In this document: positions 48,046-58,082 of the stretch, one piece after another
How the letters are laid out: every line of letters begins with the position of its first letter
Position numbering within the stretch: the stretch's first letter is position 1
Assembly (NCBI GenBank): GCA_015228785.1
Contig: JADGCU010000002.1
Coordinates: 16,509-80,508 of the forward strand
Direction: 5' to 3'
Length of the DNA stretch: 64,000 nucleotides
From: Candidatus Omnitrophota bacterium
GTDB taxonomy: Bacteria; Omnitrophota; Gorgyraeia; Zapsychrales; Fredricksoniimonadaceae
The notes under the pieces: model-generated
What the model saw: the letters and a program-made list of their open reading frames with translations, nothing else
Told to the model about the DNA's origin: nothing
The model's database searches: none
Made by a program: the position numbers and the translations under genes

Positions 48046-48516
48046 ATGAAATGTCCCTCGTGCAGTTTCAAGGAGACCAAGGTCGTTGATTCCCGCATGA
48101 ATGGGGAAGGTACGTCTATCCGGCGGCGCAGAGAATGTCTGAAGTGTTCCAAGCGATTTACAACGCACGAATATGTTGAGCAGGTGTCGCTTTTAGTGGT
48201 CAAGCGTGACGGGCGCCGTCAGCCGTATGACCGGGCGCGTGTGATTACGGGTCTGATGAAGGCTTGTGAGAAACGTCCGGTGGGTGTTGAGCAGATTGAG
48301 AATGTGGCGATCGAGATTGAGCGCACAATTCAGAAGAAGTTTGACCGCGAGGTCCCCTCGACTGCGATCGGGGAACTCATTATGGAAAAACTTTATACTC
48401 TAGATGAGGTCGCCTACGTACGTTTTGCCTCTGTTTATCGACAGTTTCGGGACGTGAATCACTTTATGAAGGAGATCCAAGTTATTCTCGAGCGAGATAA
48501 GGGGAAGAAGAAATAA
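48046..48516 (+). CDS. nrdR: Transcriptional repressor NrdR
   Basis: MKCPSC…C..C zinc ribbon plus an ATP-cone domain. Confidence 0.9.
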   Translation: MKCPSCSFKETKVVDSRMNGEGTSIRRRRECLKCSKRFTTHEYVEQVSLLVVKRDGRRQPYDRARVITGLMKACEKRPVGVEQIENVAIEIERTIQKKFDREVPSTAIGELIMEKLYTLDEVAYVRFASVYRQFRDVNHFMKEIQVILERDKGKKK

Positions 48517-48520
48517 AAGT

Positions 48521-48931
48521 TTGCTTATGATCCAAGTTGAATTGGCTACGATCATCATTGATGAAAAGAATCACGATCAGGCTATTGTCCTTCGCGAGAA
48601 GGGGGGAGCTCGTCAGATCCCGATTGTGATCGGATATTTGGAGGCCACAAGTATCCAGATGAAGATCGCGGGGGTTGAGGCGCCGCGTCCCATGACCCAT
48701 GATCTTCTGGTTTCATTGATCGACTCTCTCGAGGCTGAGGTTTCAGCTGTATTGATTGATGATTTGCAGGAGGGAACATTCTTTGCCAAGTTACAGCTTA
48801 AGAATAAACTTGGGCAGGCTGTGATCATTGATTGTCGTCCTTCGGACGGCATTGCTCTTGCGGTGCGGCTTAAAACGCCGATCTTCGTTGAGGAAAAGGT
48901 TTTGAAGCAGGCCCTCACCAATGAAATGTAA
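48521..48931 (+). CDS. Bifunctional nuclease family protein (DUF151/BFN domain)
   Basis: …IDCRPSDGIALA… signature. Confidence 0.6.
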   Translation: MLMIQVELATIIIDEKNHDQAIVLREKGGARQIPIVIGYLEATSIQMKIAGVEAPRPMTHDLLVSLIDSLEAEVSAVLIDDLQEGTFFAKLQLKNKLGQAVIIDCRPSDGIALAVRLKTPIFVEEKVLKQALTNEM

Positions 48932-48946
48932 TCTTTCCTTCTTGGG

Positions 48947-50392
48947 GTGAATATGGCGTGCCTAAATGATATCCCCGAACTTCTTGTCCTTCACAGGTTG
49001 ATCCAGAGAAAACATATTTCCCTATTTCTTGTGGGAGGAGCACTTCGCGATCTTTTTTTAGGACGAAGGACCAGGGATTTTGATTTTGCAGTTTCTCAAG
49101 ACGCATTGCGGCTTGCTCAAAGTTTTGCCAAGGCAGTTAAGGGCACTTTTGTTCTTCTCGACAAGGATCTGGGATGTGCGCGGGTTGTTAAAAAGAGGCT
49201 TGACGGACTTTGGACTTATGATTTTGCGAATTTTCGTGCTTCTACTTTTAAGGAAGACCTTAAAAAACGGGATTTTACGATAAATACGCTTGCCCTTGAT
49301 TTCCGCTCTCTTCATGCCTCAGATGATTTTCGTCATGTGCTTTTGCCTAATGAAGCTGCCATTAAAGATATCAGGGGAAAGATGATCCGCATGGTCGCTA
49401 AACAGGCTTTTATTGACGATCCCCTGCGACTTCTGCGTGCCTATAGCTTGATGGCCCAGCATGGCTTTGAGATTGAAGCGAAGACGAGAAAAGAGATTAA
49501 GGTCAGGGCAAAATTAATTACTAAAGTTTCTCCCGAGCGCGTTCGTGAGGAGCTTTTTAAGATTCTTGAAAGTCCCCGTGCCGCGTTGACGTTAAAAGCC
49601 ATGCATAAAGATGGTCTGTTGTTTGTTGTGATCCCTCAGCTTTGCGTGATGGAAGAGATTCATCAGGGAGGGTATCATCACTTGGGTGTTTGGGAACATT
49701 CGCTGGAGACGATTCATCAGCTGGAAATCCTTCTTAATGATTTCTCTGATGACACAAGGATGAAGGCGTATGTGGATGAGGTGATTTCAGGTGGTCATAG
49801 TCGGCGCGCTCTTCTTAAATTCGCGTGTCTTCTTCATGATATTGGAAAGCCGGATACTAAAAAGAAGGAAGAGGGGCGGACAAGTTTCCACGGCCATGAA
49901 CATGTGGGGGCGAAGATTGCGCGGATCATTGCCCGACAGCTGATGCTGTCTACTAAAGAACGCCATGCCCTTGAGGATATGATCGGGCTTCATCTTCGCC
50001 CGGGGTATCTCTCGAATTTCAAGAAACCATCTGAGCGTATGACTTTTCGGTTTTTCAGGGATGCTAAGGCAGAGGCCGTTTCGATTCTTCTTTTATCAAC
50101 GGCTGATCAGCGTTCAACACGCGGGCCATTGACGACGGATTATGATATTAAGCATCATCAAGATATTGCATTTCCTTTGATTGACAGATATTTTCAAAAG
50201 AAGGATGAAGCGCCGTTTGTGCGGTTTATTGATGGATATGATCTGATTAGAAAATTGAAGCTTGAGCCCGGGCCCGAGTTTTCAAGGATCCTTAAAGAAG
50301 TTGAAGAGGCCCAGCATTTAGGGAAGGTGACGACCAAGGCCGAGGCCCTGGCATTGGCGCTGAAGGTTTCCGGGTTAAAGGAGAAGTCATGA
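48947..50392 (+). CDS. cca: CCA-adding enzyme / poly(A) polymerase-family nucleotidyltransferase with a C-terminal HD domain
   Basis: LVGGALRD…RDFD head-domain motif and a C-terminal HD (LLHDIGKP). Confidence 0.75.
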   Translation: MNMACLNDIPELLVLHRLIQRKHISLFLVGGALRDLFLGRRTRDFDFAVSQDALRLAQSFAKAVKGTFVLLDKDLGCARVVKKRLDGLWTYDFANFRASTFKEDLKKRDFTINTLALDFRSLHASDDFRHVLLPNEAAIKDIRGKMIRMVAKQAFIDDPLRLLRAYSLMAQHGFEIEAKTRKEIKVRAKLITKVSPERVREELFKILESPRAALTLKAMHKDGLLFVVIPQLCVMEEIHQGGYHHLGVWEHSLETIHQLEILLNDFSDDTRMKAYVDEVISGGHSRRALLKFACLLHDIGKPDTKKKEEGRTSFHGHEHVGAKIARIIARQLMLSTKERHALEDMIGLHLRPGYLSNFKKPSERMTFRFFRDAKAEAVSILLLSTADQRSTRGPLTTDYDIKHHQDIAFPLIDRYFQKKDEAPFVRFIDGYDLIRKLKLEPGPEFSRILKEVEEAQHLGKVTTKAEALALALKVSGLKEKS

Positions 50393-50979
50393 GAAAAACC
50401 TTATTATTTTTTGTTTTTTTAGGTTCTACTTTCTTGTTTTTCTCTGATGGCGTTAAGGCTGAGGTGGATGCAAGGCAGTTGATCGAGCAATACATTCTTG
50501 ATAATAGTTGTGATCAAGCAAAAGATTGTATGAGCTCTTATTATTTAAAGATCGCGGATTTAGGAGCTATCGCTGTTGAGCCTTTATTGGAAGCGCTTGA
50601 TGATGAAGATCCGGGATATGTTGCGCACCGTTTAGATTTTGTTTATTTATTGTCGATGATTGGTGATCCTCGGGGCTATTCAGTTCTTCGGCTCTATTTT
50701 CTTGAAAACAAGGAGGATGAGAATGAAGGGTATCAGGAGGGGCGTAAGTGGCGTTTTGCTATCAGTTTGGGGGCCTGTTTGGCTGTGGAAAAGATCGATG
50801 ATTATATGAGTCTTGTCTTTTCAGATACAACGGGCGGAGCGCTTAAGGCACTCAAAGAAATATCTGGTCAGGACTTTGGTCAAGACCAGGGGCAATGGAC
50901 TGAATATCTTAAGGCCACGGGGCAGTTGGAGGCATTTCGTGAGAAATGCCGGGAACATTCTAAGCCGATCCTTGGCTGA
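50389..50979 (+). CDS. Secreted hypothetical protein with HEAT-like repeats
   Basis: Signal peptide with repeated LL.ALDDEDP…V… helical hairpins. Confidence 0.4.
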   Translation: MRKTLLFFVFLGSTFLFFSDGVKAEVDARQLIEQYILDNSCDQAKDCMSSYYLKIADLGAIAVEPLLEALDDEDPGYVAHRLDFVYLLSMIGDPRGYSVLRLYFLENKEDENEGYQEGRKWRFAISLGACLAVEKIDDYMSLVFSDTTGGALKALKEISGQDFGQDQGQWTEYLKATGQLEAFREKCREHSKPILG

Positions 50980-50988
50980 GGAGAGAAG

Positions 50989-51924
50989 ATGAAGGTAAGA
51001 AACGCGAATATTACAGTTGTGAAAGCTGACATCACGGAGCTTGTCGTTGATGCCATTGTGAACCCGGCTAACAATGAGCTTGTGATGGGAGGTGGTGTTG
51101 CGGGTGTCATTAAAGAAAAGGGTGGGGCAGAGATCGAAGCTGAGGCTGTTGCCCAGGGGCCTATTGGCGCTGGTGAGGCAATTGCGACCAAGGCTGGTTC
51201 GCTTAAGGCGAAGCATGTGATTCATGCCGCGACCATGGCCATGGATTTAAAGACCGATGAACATCTGGTGCGCACGTCATGTGCCAATGCCTTCAAGTGT
51301 GCTGAAGAGCTTGGTCTCACGTCGATCGCCTTTCCGGCCCTGGGATGCGGTGTCGGTCATTTTCCGGTTGTGGGCGCAGCCAAGATCATGACTCAAGAGG
51401 CGCTTAAGGTGGCACGCGAGGGCAAGAGTTCGCTTAAGGAAATTATTTTTTGTCTTTATGATGATGAGGCGTTCGGAATATTTGAAAAGCAGGTCTATGG
51501 TTATTTACGGCATATTATGGATGACCTTGCTTGGGGGCCTTATGTCACAGTGGATATTATTATTGAGATGGCTGGAGGCATTGTTTTGATCGAGCGTACG
51601 AATCCGCCCTTTGGCTGGGCTTTGCCGGGAGGTTTTGTGGATCGCGGCGAAAGCCTGGAGACAGCGGCACAGCGCGAAGCCAAGGAAGAGACGGGATTGG
51701 ATCTGGAGGGGTTAAAACAATTTCATACGTATTCTGAGCCGTCACGTGATCAGCGATTTCATACGGTGACGACGGTGTTTATTGCCCGAGGGATTGGCAA
51801 ACCCGCGGCTGGTGATGATGCCAAGGGCCTTAAAGTGGTCCCTTATGAAGATTTGAGAAGGTTTCGCTATGCCTTTGATCATAATCAGGTGATTGAGGAT
51901 TATTTGCGTTTACGTGGGAAATGA
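50989..51924 (+). CDS. Macro domain (ADP-ribose binding/processing) fused to a NUDIX hydrolase
   Basis: N-terminal macro motifs ([15 protein letters not shown]…IHAATM). C-terminal Nudix box [24 protein letters not shown]. Confidence 0.75.
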   Translation: MKVRNANITVVKADITELVVDAIVNPANNELVMGGGVAGVIKEKGGAEIEAEAVAQGPIGAGEAIATKAGSLKAKHVIHAATMAMDLKTDEHLVRTSCANAFKCAEELGLTSIAFPALGCGVGHFPVVGAAKIMTQEALKVAREGKSSLKEIIFCLYDDEAFGIFEKQVYGYLRHIMDDLAWGPYVTVDIIIEMAGGIVLIERTNPPFGWALPGGFVDRGESLETAAQREAKEETGLDLEGLKQFHTYSEPSRDQRFHTVTTVFIARGIGKPAAGDDAKGLKVVPYEDLRRFRYAFDHNQVIEDYLRLRGK

Positions 51925-51956
51925 TGATGTGGCTAAACTTTGATTGACATCATAGG

Positions 51957-52742
51957 GTGAAGCGGTATATTTGTTGTACTCTTATGAGATATTTCTTTTG
52001 TTTAATAATTTTCGTATTTTTCCAGGCTTCCTCTGTGTGGGCCGCGCCGACGCTTGCGGATCTTCAGAGTGTTGTAATCCAGGGGGATTATAAGAAAGCC
52101 AATGATCTTGCCCAAGAGCTTTCGAAGGCATCTCTGAGCAAAGTCGAAGCAGCGGAGGTTCAGTATTATTTGGGTCTGACTTTTCTTAGGCTCGGGGAGC
52201 CTGCTAAGGCGTATGATATTTATAAGAAACTTATCGCGAGCCAGCCACACGGCGACCTTTATGATAAATCTTCGGTCGGCTTAATCGATTCTTTGTATAT
52301 GCAAGGGCAGTATGATCAGGCCCTCAAAGAGGCGATTTCTGTGATCGCAAAACGAAGTGATTCAGAGATGATGAGTCTTTTTTATCTGAAAGCCGCGCGA
52401 GCGAATTTGAAGTTAGCGCGTTGGGCCCAGGCGCGGGAATTTTTGAAGAAAATCATCCGGGAGTATCCTGATAGTTTTGAGGGCCCGGTCGCGCGTCAAC
52501 TCTTGGAAGAAAAGCAGTATTTTACGGTTCAGGTGGGATCTTTTGTCGATAAGGCGCGCGCGGAGACTCTGGTCCAGGAGCTTATCGGTCGTAAGCAGTA
52601 TGCGTATATTCTTGAGATCAAGTCTTCCGACGGGAAGATCATGTATCGTGTTCGCGTTGGACAGCTCACAGCTCTTAAAGATGCAAGAGAGCTCGAGTCA
52701 ACGTTGTCAGGGCTGGGATATCCTACCTTAATTTATCCGTGA
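51957..52742 (+). CDS. TPR-like protein with a C-terminal SPOR (peptidoglycan-binding) domain
   Basis: Signal/TM at the N-terminus, helical repeats, and a C-terminal FTVQVGSF…A…L SPOR-like fold. Confidence 0.6.
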   Translation: MKRYICCTLMRYFFCLIIFVFFQASSVWAAPTLADLQSVVIQGDYKKANDLAQELSKASLSKVEAAEVQYYLGLTFLRLGEPAKAYDIYKKLIASQPHGDLYDKSSVGLIDSLYMQGQYDQALKEAISVIAKRSDSEMMSLFYLKAARANLKLARWAQAREFLKKIIREYPDSFEGPVARQLLEEKQYFTVQVGSFVDKARAETLVQELIGRKQYAYILEIKSSDGKIMYRVRVGQLTALKDARELESTLSGLGYPTLIYP

Positions 52743-52807
52743 TAAAAAAGACACAAGACATAAGTCGCAAGACAGAGGAAAGATCTCGTAAGGCCGAGGA
52801 GATTTTT

Positions 52808-53737
52808 GTGTCCTGTGCTTTGCCCCGTATTCCTATTGTTTTTCTTGTAGGCCCTACAGCTGTGGGGAAGACCGCTGTTGCTATTGAGCTTGCCTGCCAA
52901 ATGAACGGTGAGGTCGTTTCTTGCGATGCCATGCAGGTGTATCGTGAGGCCATGATCACGACCGATCGACCATCACAAGACATGTTGAAAGGCGTCCCTC
53001 ATCATGTGATGGGGATTGTCTCTGTTGAAGAGGAATTTAATGTGGCCCTTTATCGGGAGGTTGCTCTTAAGGCGATTAAGGATATTCTGGCGCGACAGAA
53101 GACCCCCATTATTTGTGGCGGGAGTGGCATGTATATGATGGCGCTTTTGGATGGTCTTTTGGAAGGCGGTGCCCCGGATGCGGAGGTGCGCCGCCATCTT
53201 GAAGCGGAAGCAGATAAGTTAGGGCTTAAGGTTCTTTATCGTCGTCTTCAGGAGGTCGATCCTCAAGCGGCTGAAAAGATAACGTCCGCTGACAGGGTCC
53301 GTATTGTTCGCGCGCTGGAGGTCTTTGAGTCCACGGGTGTTCCTATCTCGATGCTTCAAAAGACGCGTGAGGGGTTATGGGGGAGATATCATATTCGAAT
53401 CTTTTGTCTGAATCGGGAACGCGAGGAATTATATGCCCGAGCAGAAGCCAGGATTGATCAGATGTTTGCGCTCGGACTTGAGGGTGAGGTGAAGGCACTG
53501 CTGAAGCACGCCTTGACGCCGACGTCATCACGAATTATTGGTATCCCTGAGTTGCGGGATTATTTCTCAGGAGTCCGATCTCTTGGGGAAGCGAAAGAGT
53601 TGATGAAGCGTAACACCCGTCATTATATTAAAAGGCAATTGACGTGGTTCAGGAAAGATAAGAGACTAGAATGGATTAATGCGGCGCCTGACGCCAGTGT
53701 TGTGGGTGTGGTTGAAGACATAAGAAGATTGATGTGA
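52808..53737 (+). CDS. miaA: tRNA dimethylallyltransferase
   Basis: P-loop GPTAVGKT and MiaA motifs. GTG start at 52808 with RBS GAGGAG at 6-nt spacing (the ORF track started at 52739). Confidence 0.8.
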   Translation: MSCALPRIPIVFLVGPTAVGKTAVAIELACQMNGEVVSCDAMQVYREAMITTDRPSQDMLKGVPHHVMGIVSVEEEFNVALYREVALKAIKDILARQKTPIICGGSGMYMMALLDGLLEGGAPDAEVRRHLEAEADKLGLKVLYRRLQEVDPQAAEKITSADRVRIVRALEVFESTGVPISMLQKTREGLWGRYHIRIFCLNREREELYARAEARIDQMFALGLEGEVKALLKHALTPTSSRIIGIPELRDYFSGVRSLGEAKELMKRNTRHYIKRQLTWFRKDKRLEWINAAPDASVVGVVEDIRRLM

Positions 53738-53777
53738 GGAAGAAATTTAACGGGTTTTTTAAAAGACAGGAGGAAGC

Positions 53778-53879
53778 ATGAAAGATGATTTATCTATAGG
53801 CGTAGTTGTTGCGGTCTTAGTTTCTATTGGAACTGTTAGCTATGCTATTTATCAGATCGTTACATGTTTCTTTAAATAA
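53778..53879 (+). CDS. Small hydrophobic peptide (33 aa, MKDDLSIGVVVAVLVSIGTVSYAIYQIVTCFFK), candidate single-TM miniprotein
   Basis: Perfect RBS AGGAGG 6 nt upstream of ATG. It sits in the miaA-hflX intergenic region and is below the ORF-track length cutoff. Confidence 0.35.
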   Translation: MKDDLSIGVVVAVLVSIGTVSYAIYQIVTCFFK

Positions 53880-53982
53880 TCGTGATTAAATAAGTAATGG
53901 GGACACATGAGATCTTCGGGTGTTGACGATGTGATGCCCCTCGATTTTATTCGTTTTGAAGCACAGGAGTTGTTTAGAAGAT

Positions 53983-55287
53983 ATGTCCTGCCTTAACAGA
54001 TTGTCTGTTGAAGAGGGAAGGGGTAATGTGACAAAAGAAAAAGTATTGATCGCCATTGTAGATTTTAAACTTCGGGGAACTTGGCCAACGGCGGAAGTTG
54101 CTTACGAGATGGAAGAGTTGGTTAAGGCCTGTCATGGGGAGGTCGTTGGCAAGGTTCATTGTCCCGCACATCCACCGTCTTCAACGACTCTTATTAATAA
54201 AGGGAAGGTTGAAGAGATTGTGGCGTTGATCCCGGTCCTGGGAGCTGAAACCGTGATCTTTAGCTCTGAGTTGAAAGGATCTCAACAGCGGAATCTTGAG
54301 GAAGCCTTTCGCGTTAAGACGATTGATCGGACGACAATTATTCTCGATATCTTTGCCAAGCGGGCAACCTCTCTTGAGGGGAAGCTTCAGGTTGAGCTTG
54401 CGCAGCTTGAATATCGTCTGCCCCGTCTAACCGGACACTATGATCAACTGTCACGTCAAGGGGGCGGAATTGGGACCATGGGGCCGGGGGAGACGAAACT
54501 TGAAGTTGACCGCCGGCGGATTGGCGAGAGAATTGATCGGATTAAAAAAGATCTTGGTGATGTCACACGTTCTCGTCAGGTGAAGCGTAAGCGCCGCGAG
54601 GGGCAGCATGTGCCGTTGATCTCGCTTGTTGGTTATACTAATGCCGGGAAATCAACATTATTAAATGCCATGACCGGGGCCCATCAGGAGACTAAAGACG
54701 GGCTTTTTACAACACTTGATTCTTTGGCCCGTCAGCATACCCTTCCTAATAAGCAGAAAGTTGTTTTTTCTGATACGGTTGGTTTTATGCACGATTTACC
54801 GCACAAATTGATTGAGGCGTTTAAGGCAACTCTTGAGGAAGTTCAAAGCGCGGATCTGCTTTTACATGTTCTTGATATCAGTAATCCCAATCATCAGAAC
54901 TTTAAGGAAGCGGTGACAGGAGTGCTCACACAACTCGAGGCACATAAAAAACCGACGATTCTTGTTTTGAACAAGGTTGACAGGCTTGAGGACAAAGGCA
55001 TTATGGAAGCGGTGAGTAAGCGCTATGATAAGACGGTTTTGATCTCTGCCAAAGAAAAGATAAATCTCGATGAGTTGTTTCTCAAGATCGAGAATGAATT
55101 ATCCAGTTTAGTTACTCACATTGATGTGAAAATTCCGCTTAAAAGGATGGATCTTGTCCACCTTGCCCATAGAGAGGGGGATGTTATTCATGAGGAATAT
55201 CTTGAGGAGGGCATTCATATTTGTGCCAATGTTCCGCATCATGTTGCCGGAGTATTCTTGAATGCCAGGTTGGGAAATTCTGAGTAA
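53983..55287 (+). CDS. hflX: GTPase HflX
   Basis: HflX N-terminal domain plus G-domain ([21 protein letters not shown]). Start ambiguous among TTG 53956, ATG 53983 and GTG 54028. Confidence 0.8.
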   Translation: MSCLNRLSVEEGRGNVTKEKVLIAIVDFKLRGTWPTAEVAYEMEELVKACHGEVVGKVHCPAHPPSSTTLINKGKVEEIVALIPVLGAETVIFSSELKGSQQRNLEEAFRVKTIDRTTIILDIFAKRATSLEGKLQVELAQLEYRLPRLTGHYDQLSRQGGGIGTMGPGETKLEVDRRRIGERIDRIKKDLGDVTRSRQVKRKRREGQHVPLISLVGYTNAGKSTLLNAMTGAHQETKDGLFTTLDSLARQHTLPNKQKVVFSDTVGFMHDLPHKLIEAFKATLEEVQSADLLLHVLDISNPNHQNFKEAVTGVLTQLEAHKKPTILVLNKVDRLEDKGIMEAVSKRYDKTVLISAKEKINLDELFLKIENELSSLVTHIDVKIPLKRMDLVHLAHREGDVIHEEYLEEGIHICANVPHHVAGVFLNARLGNSE

Positions 55288-55330
55288 TGAATTATTCCTT
55301 GTTAGAAGAATATTCACTTGAGGTTAGTTA

Positions 55331-56995
55331 ATGTATTTTTTGCTTATTTCTGTTCCTGTTGCGCTGGCTGGTTTGTGTTTTGCGTTGAAAATAGCGGCGG
55401 GTCCTTATTGGCATTATTATGATTCTTGTTATTCGTATCTTATAAACGGCCTCAATATCGCTTCAGGAAAACAGACGTTCTTCTTTTACCATCCAGGAAC
55501 CCCTGTCCAATTGTTGTGTTCTTCTGTTATGCGGGTGTTGAATATAGGACGGTCCTCGTCTGAAATGATTAACCGCGTCTTGGCGGATCCTGAACTTTAT
55601 TTAAGCGCTGTTCATGCTGTTTTGGTGGCGCTTTTTCTTGTTTCGTCTCTTCTTTTAGTGATTGATGTTTATCGCAAAACACGGGATTTTTTGGCGGCTT
55701 TCGTGATGCAGTTGCCAGGACTTATAGCCCTCGGCATCAGCGTGCTTTCTATCCCTGCGGGGGCGAATGTTGCTCCCGAGTTGTTGCTGATGAGTATTAT
55801 CAATCTTTATATCTTGTCGCTTTTTCAATTATTTTCTTCTGGTTCTCCTTATCAGGAATGGCGTGCGGCCTTGTGGCTTGGGTTTTTGTGCGGACTGGGA
55901 ATCAGTACGAAATATAGTTTCTTCCCGCTTGCTTTGGTGCCGTTGCTGGTGCTTCATTGGCGGGAGAAAATACTGTTCTTGATTGTTGCCCTTGGCGCAT
56001 TTCTTCTTTGGACAATGCCTCTTTGGTACGCCTATTCAAACCTCTGGGGAGCGATCCAGTTAAATCTGTGTAATGTTTCTGGTGGTACTCCTCGTGTTGG
56101 TTTCTTTAATTTTAGCAGTTTTATTTCGGTATTGGGACAAGTTGCTCGAGATTTTTGGTTTTTTGTTCTCGTGTCTTGTGGGGCGTTGATTTTGAGTTTT
56201 ATTAAGCCTGTGATGGATAAATCAAACAGGTATTTATTTTTGCTGAGGGCTTCCGCCCTTGGAGTGTTGTTTCAATTCTTCGTTCTTGGCCGGCATTACA
56301 TGCCTTATTATGCGATCCCTGGAGTCTGCCTGTCGGGGCTTGTGTTGTTAATGATTTTCTTGATTTATAAGCCGCAGAGCTTTCGTTTTATGGGCGTTCT
56401 TCTTTTAGGAGTTTATATTTGTTGTACGGCTTACGCTGTTTTTGTGTGTGTTGAGCAAGCTCGCATGATTCGCCAGGGAGATACGTTTGTTAAAGAGTTG
56501 CGCTCACAATATCCCGGCTACTATATTATTTCATCATATATTATGCCTGCTCCTATTGAAGCGCATGCTCTTTCTTATGGCGTTGATACTGCGGGGAATC
56601 AGGTCGTTGATGCCTTGTCTCGGCAATATCCTTTTATGACAACGTATGATCCTGGAGCGCATATGATCTGGAATCATACCAGCCGGTGGCTGGCAGATGA
56701 TCTTATGAACAAGTTCCCGGGGATCTTGATTGTAGGAGGGCAGCTGGATTTGGTGACCAATAGTCCTCATCAGGTCCGGTTGGTAAAACATCAGGGCGAT
56801 CTTTATGCGTACTTATTAATAGCGAGTACGGAAAAGCAGGCCAACATTCTTTTTGTAAATGCGAAGGCATTCTTGTCGCAGGGAAAATATGTCGAGGCGG
56901 CTATCTTTGCTTCAAAAAGCTTAGAGTTTGGGTTTAATGCCAGGGCAGAGGCAGAGGCTATTTTAAAAGAGGCCAAGGATCAATTATCACGTTGA
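55331..56995 (+). CDS. Polytopic membrane protein (554 aa), candidate GT-C-type glycosyltransferase
   Basis: Roughly 11 TM helices with a first-loop acidic motif (YYDS). C-terminal soluble region with one TPR-like hairpin. Confidence 0.5.
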   Translation: MYFLLISVPVALAGLCFALKIAAGPYWHYYDSCYSYLINGLNIASGKQTFFFYHPGTPVQLLCSSVMRVLNIGRSSSEMINRVLADPELYLSAVHAVLVALFLVSSLLLVIDVYRKTRDFLAAFVMQLPGLIALGISVLSIPAGANVAPELLLMSIINLYILSLFQLFSSGSPYQEWRAALWLGFLCGLGISTKYSFFPLALVPLLVLHWREKILFLIVALGAFLLWTMPLWYAYSNLWGAIQLNLCNVSGGTPRVGFFNFSSFISVLGQVARDFWFFVLVSCGALILSFIKPVMDKSNRYLFLLRASALGVLFQFFVLGRHYMPYYAIPGVCLSGLVLLMIFLIYKPQSFRFMGVLLLGVYICCTAYAVFVCVEQARMIRQGDTFVKELRSQYPGYYIISSYIMPAPIEAHALSYGVDTAGNQVVDALSRQYPFMTTYDPGAHMIWNHTSRWLADDLMNKFPGILIVGGQLDLVTNSPHQVRLVKHQGDLYAYLLIASTEKQANILFVNAKAFLSQGKYVEAAIFASKSLEFGFNARAEAEAILKEAKDQLSR

Positions 56996-57008
56996 TTTTG
57001 ATTTATTT

Positions 57009-57025
57009 AGTTAGATTATCTAACT
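57009..57025. promoter_or_regulatory. Perfect palindrome AGTTAGAT-T-ATCTAACT, a candidate operator upstream of the MerR/HspR-like gene
   Basis: 8-bp arms, located about 70 nt upstream of ATG 57097 and just upstream of a TTGACA -35 element. Confidence 0.35.
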
Positions 57026-57042
57026 ATTCTGAGAATAAGTTC

Positions 57043-57071
57043 TTGACAAGTTAATTAGCTTGTGATATCTT
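57043..57071 (+). promoter_or_regulatory. Sigma70-like promoter TTGACA-N17-(TG)nTATCTT
   Basis: Consensus -35 with an extended-10-like element. Confidence 0.35.
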
Positions 57072-57096
57072 TTTAATCAGAAGAGAGGACGTATCT

Positions 57097-57414
57097 ATGA
57101 ATTTAGAAAACTCTCAACTGAAAGCTGGGGAAATGGGTCAAAATGTACCAAAGGAATTTGATGTTGATATTGACCCAATCGCTCCACTTTTTATCATAGG
57201 CGTCGCATCAGATATGGTCCAGATCCCCATTTGGACCCTAAGAAAGCTTGATGAAATGGGCGTCGTATGCCCTAAGAGGATTGGGGTGAGAACCAGATGT
57301 TATTCACAGGTTCAAATTAAGACCTTGAACTATATTAAGTATCTATTAGAGGAAAGAAGTGTGAATATTAGCGGGATTAAGGTTATTTTGGAGATTGAGC
57401 ATAGGGGGGAGTAG
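57097..57414 (+). CDS. hspR: MerR-family HTH regulator, HspR-like
   Basis: MerR-type HTH (…IGVASDMVQIPIWTLRKLDEMGVV…). It sits directly upstream of two Hsp20 genes and near hrcA-grpE-dnaK-dnaJ. Confidence 0.55.
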   Translation: MNLENSQLKAGEMGQNVPKEFDVDIDPIAPLFIIGVASDMVQIPIWTLRKLDEMGVVCPKRIGVRTRCYSQVQIKTLNYIKYLLEERSVNISGIKVILEIEHRGE

Positions 57415-57555
57415 GGATTTTTTTTGCCATTATGTTGGCAGTCATGTCGACTGATTGCTAATATTGTGGCTATATAGGTGAAAGGTGAGGGTGTCTTGAA
57501 CGAAAAAATTCCTGACACCTTACCTTGAGTAATCAAAAAACATGGGAGGTGGGTT

Positions 57556-58029
57556 ATGTCATTATTGCCGCGCAAACAACACAATGTGGTCTTGAGAAAT
57601 CCTTTTTGGGAGTTTGAAAAGTTTCATCGTGACATGTCCCGGATCTTTGATCAGGGGATCTCTGGAGATACGGATCAGGATGTTTCTTTATGGGCAGGGG
57701 CCTGGTCGCCAGCTGTTGATGTCATGGATCAAAAGGATGCGATTTTAGTCAAGGCTGATCTTCCGGGACTTACCAAGGATGACATTGATGTGGTGATCGA
57801 GAACAATGTTCTTAGTATCCGGGGAGAAAAGAAACATAGGGAGGAGCAAAAGGAAGGGGATGTTATCCGTAGCGAGCGATATTATGGAAGCTTTCATCGA
57901 GCTTTTACGCTTCCTTCAACGGTTGATGCGCAAAAGGTACAGGCCAAATTCCAGGATGGAGTCTTGGAGCTTCAGATCGCGAAGAAAGAGGAGGCCAAGC
58001 CTAAGCAGATTAAGGTGGACGTGAAGTAA
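57556..58029 (+). CDS. Small heat-shock protein, Hsp20/alpha-crystallin family
   Basis: Alpha-crystallin domain (…DVMDQKDAILVKADLPG…GVLELQI). Confidence 0.85.
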   Translation: MSLLPRKQHNVVLRNPFWEFEKFHRDMSRIFDQGISGDTDQDVSLWAGAWSPAVDVMDQKDAILVKADLPGLTKDDIDVVIENNVLSIRGEKKHREEQKEGDVIRSERYYGSFHRAFTLPSTVDAQKVQAKFQDGVLELQIAKKEEAKPKQIKVDVK

Positions 58030-58082
58030 TGTGATAAGAAAAAGTGTGTTGAATAATAAATTATTAGGAATAGAGAAAGGAG

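Noticed and set aside
57470-57555. HspR HAIR or HrcA CIRCE operator upstream of the first hsp20, and of dnaK at 60293..60428.
   Set aside because: Only half-sites are present (CTTGAGT upstream of hsp20, ACTCAAG upstream of dnaK), plus a 6-bp inverted repeat (GGTGTC…GACACC). There is no full canonical element, so they are mentioned in findings but not annotated as operators.
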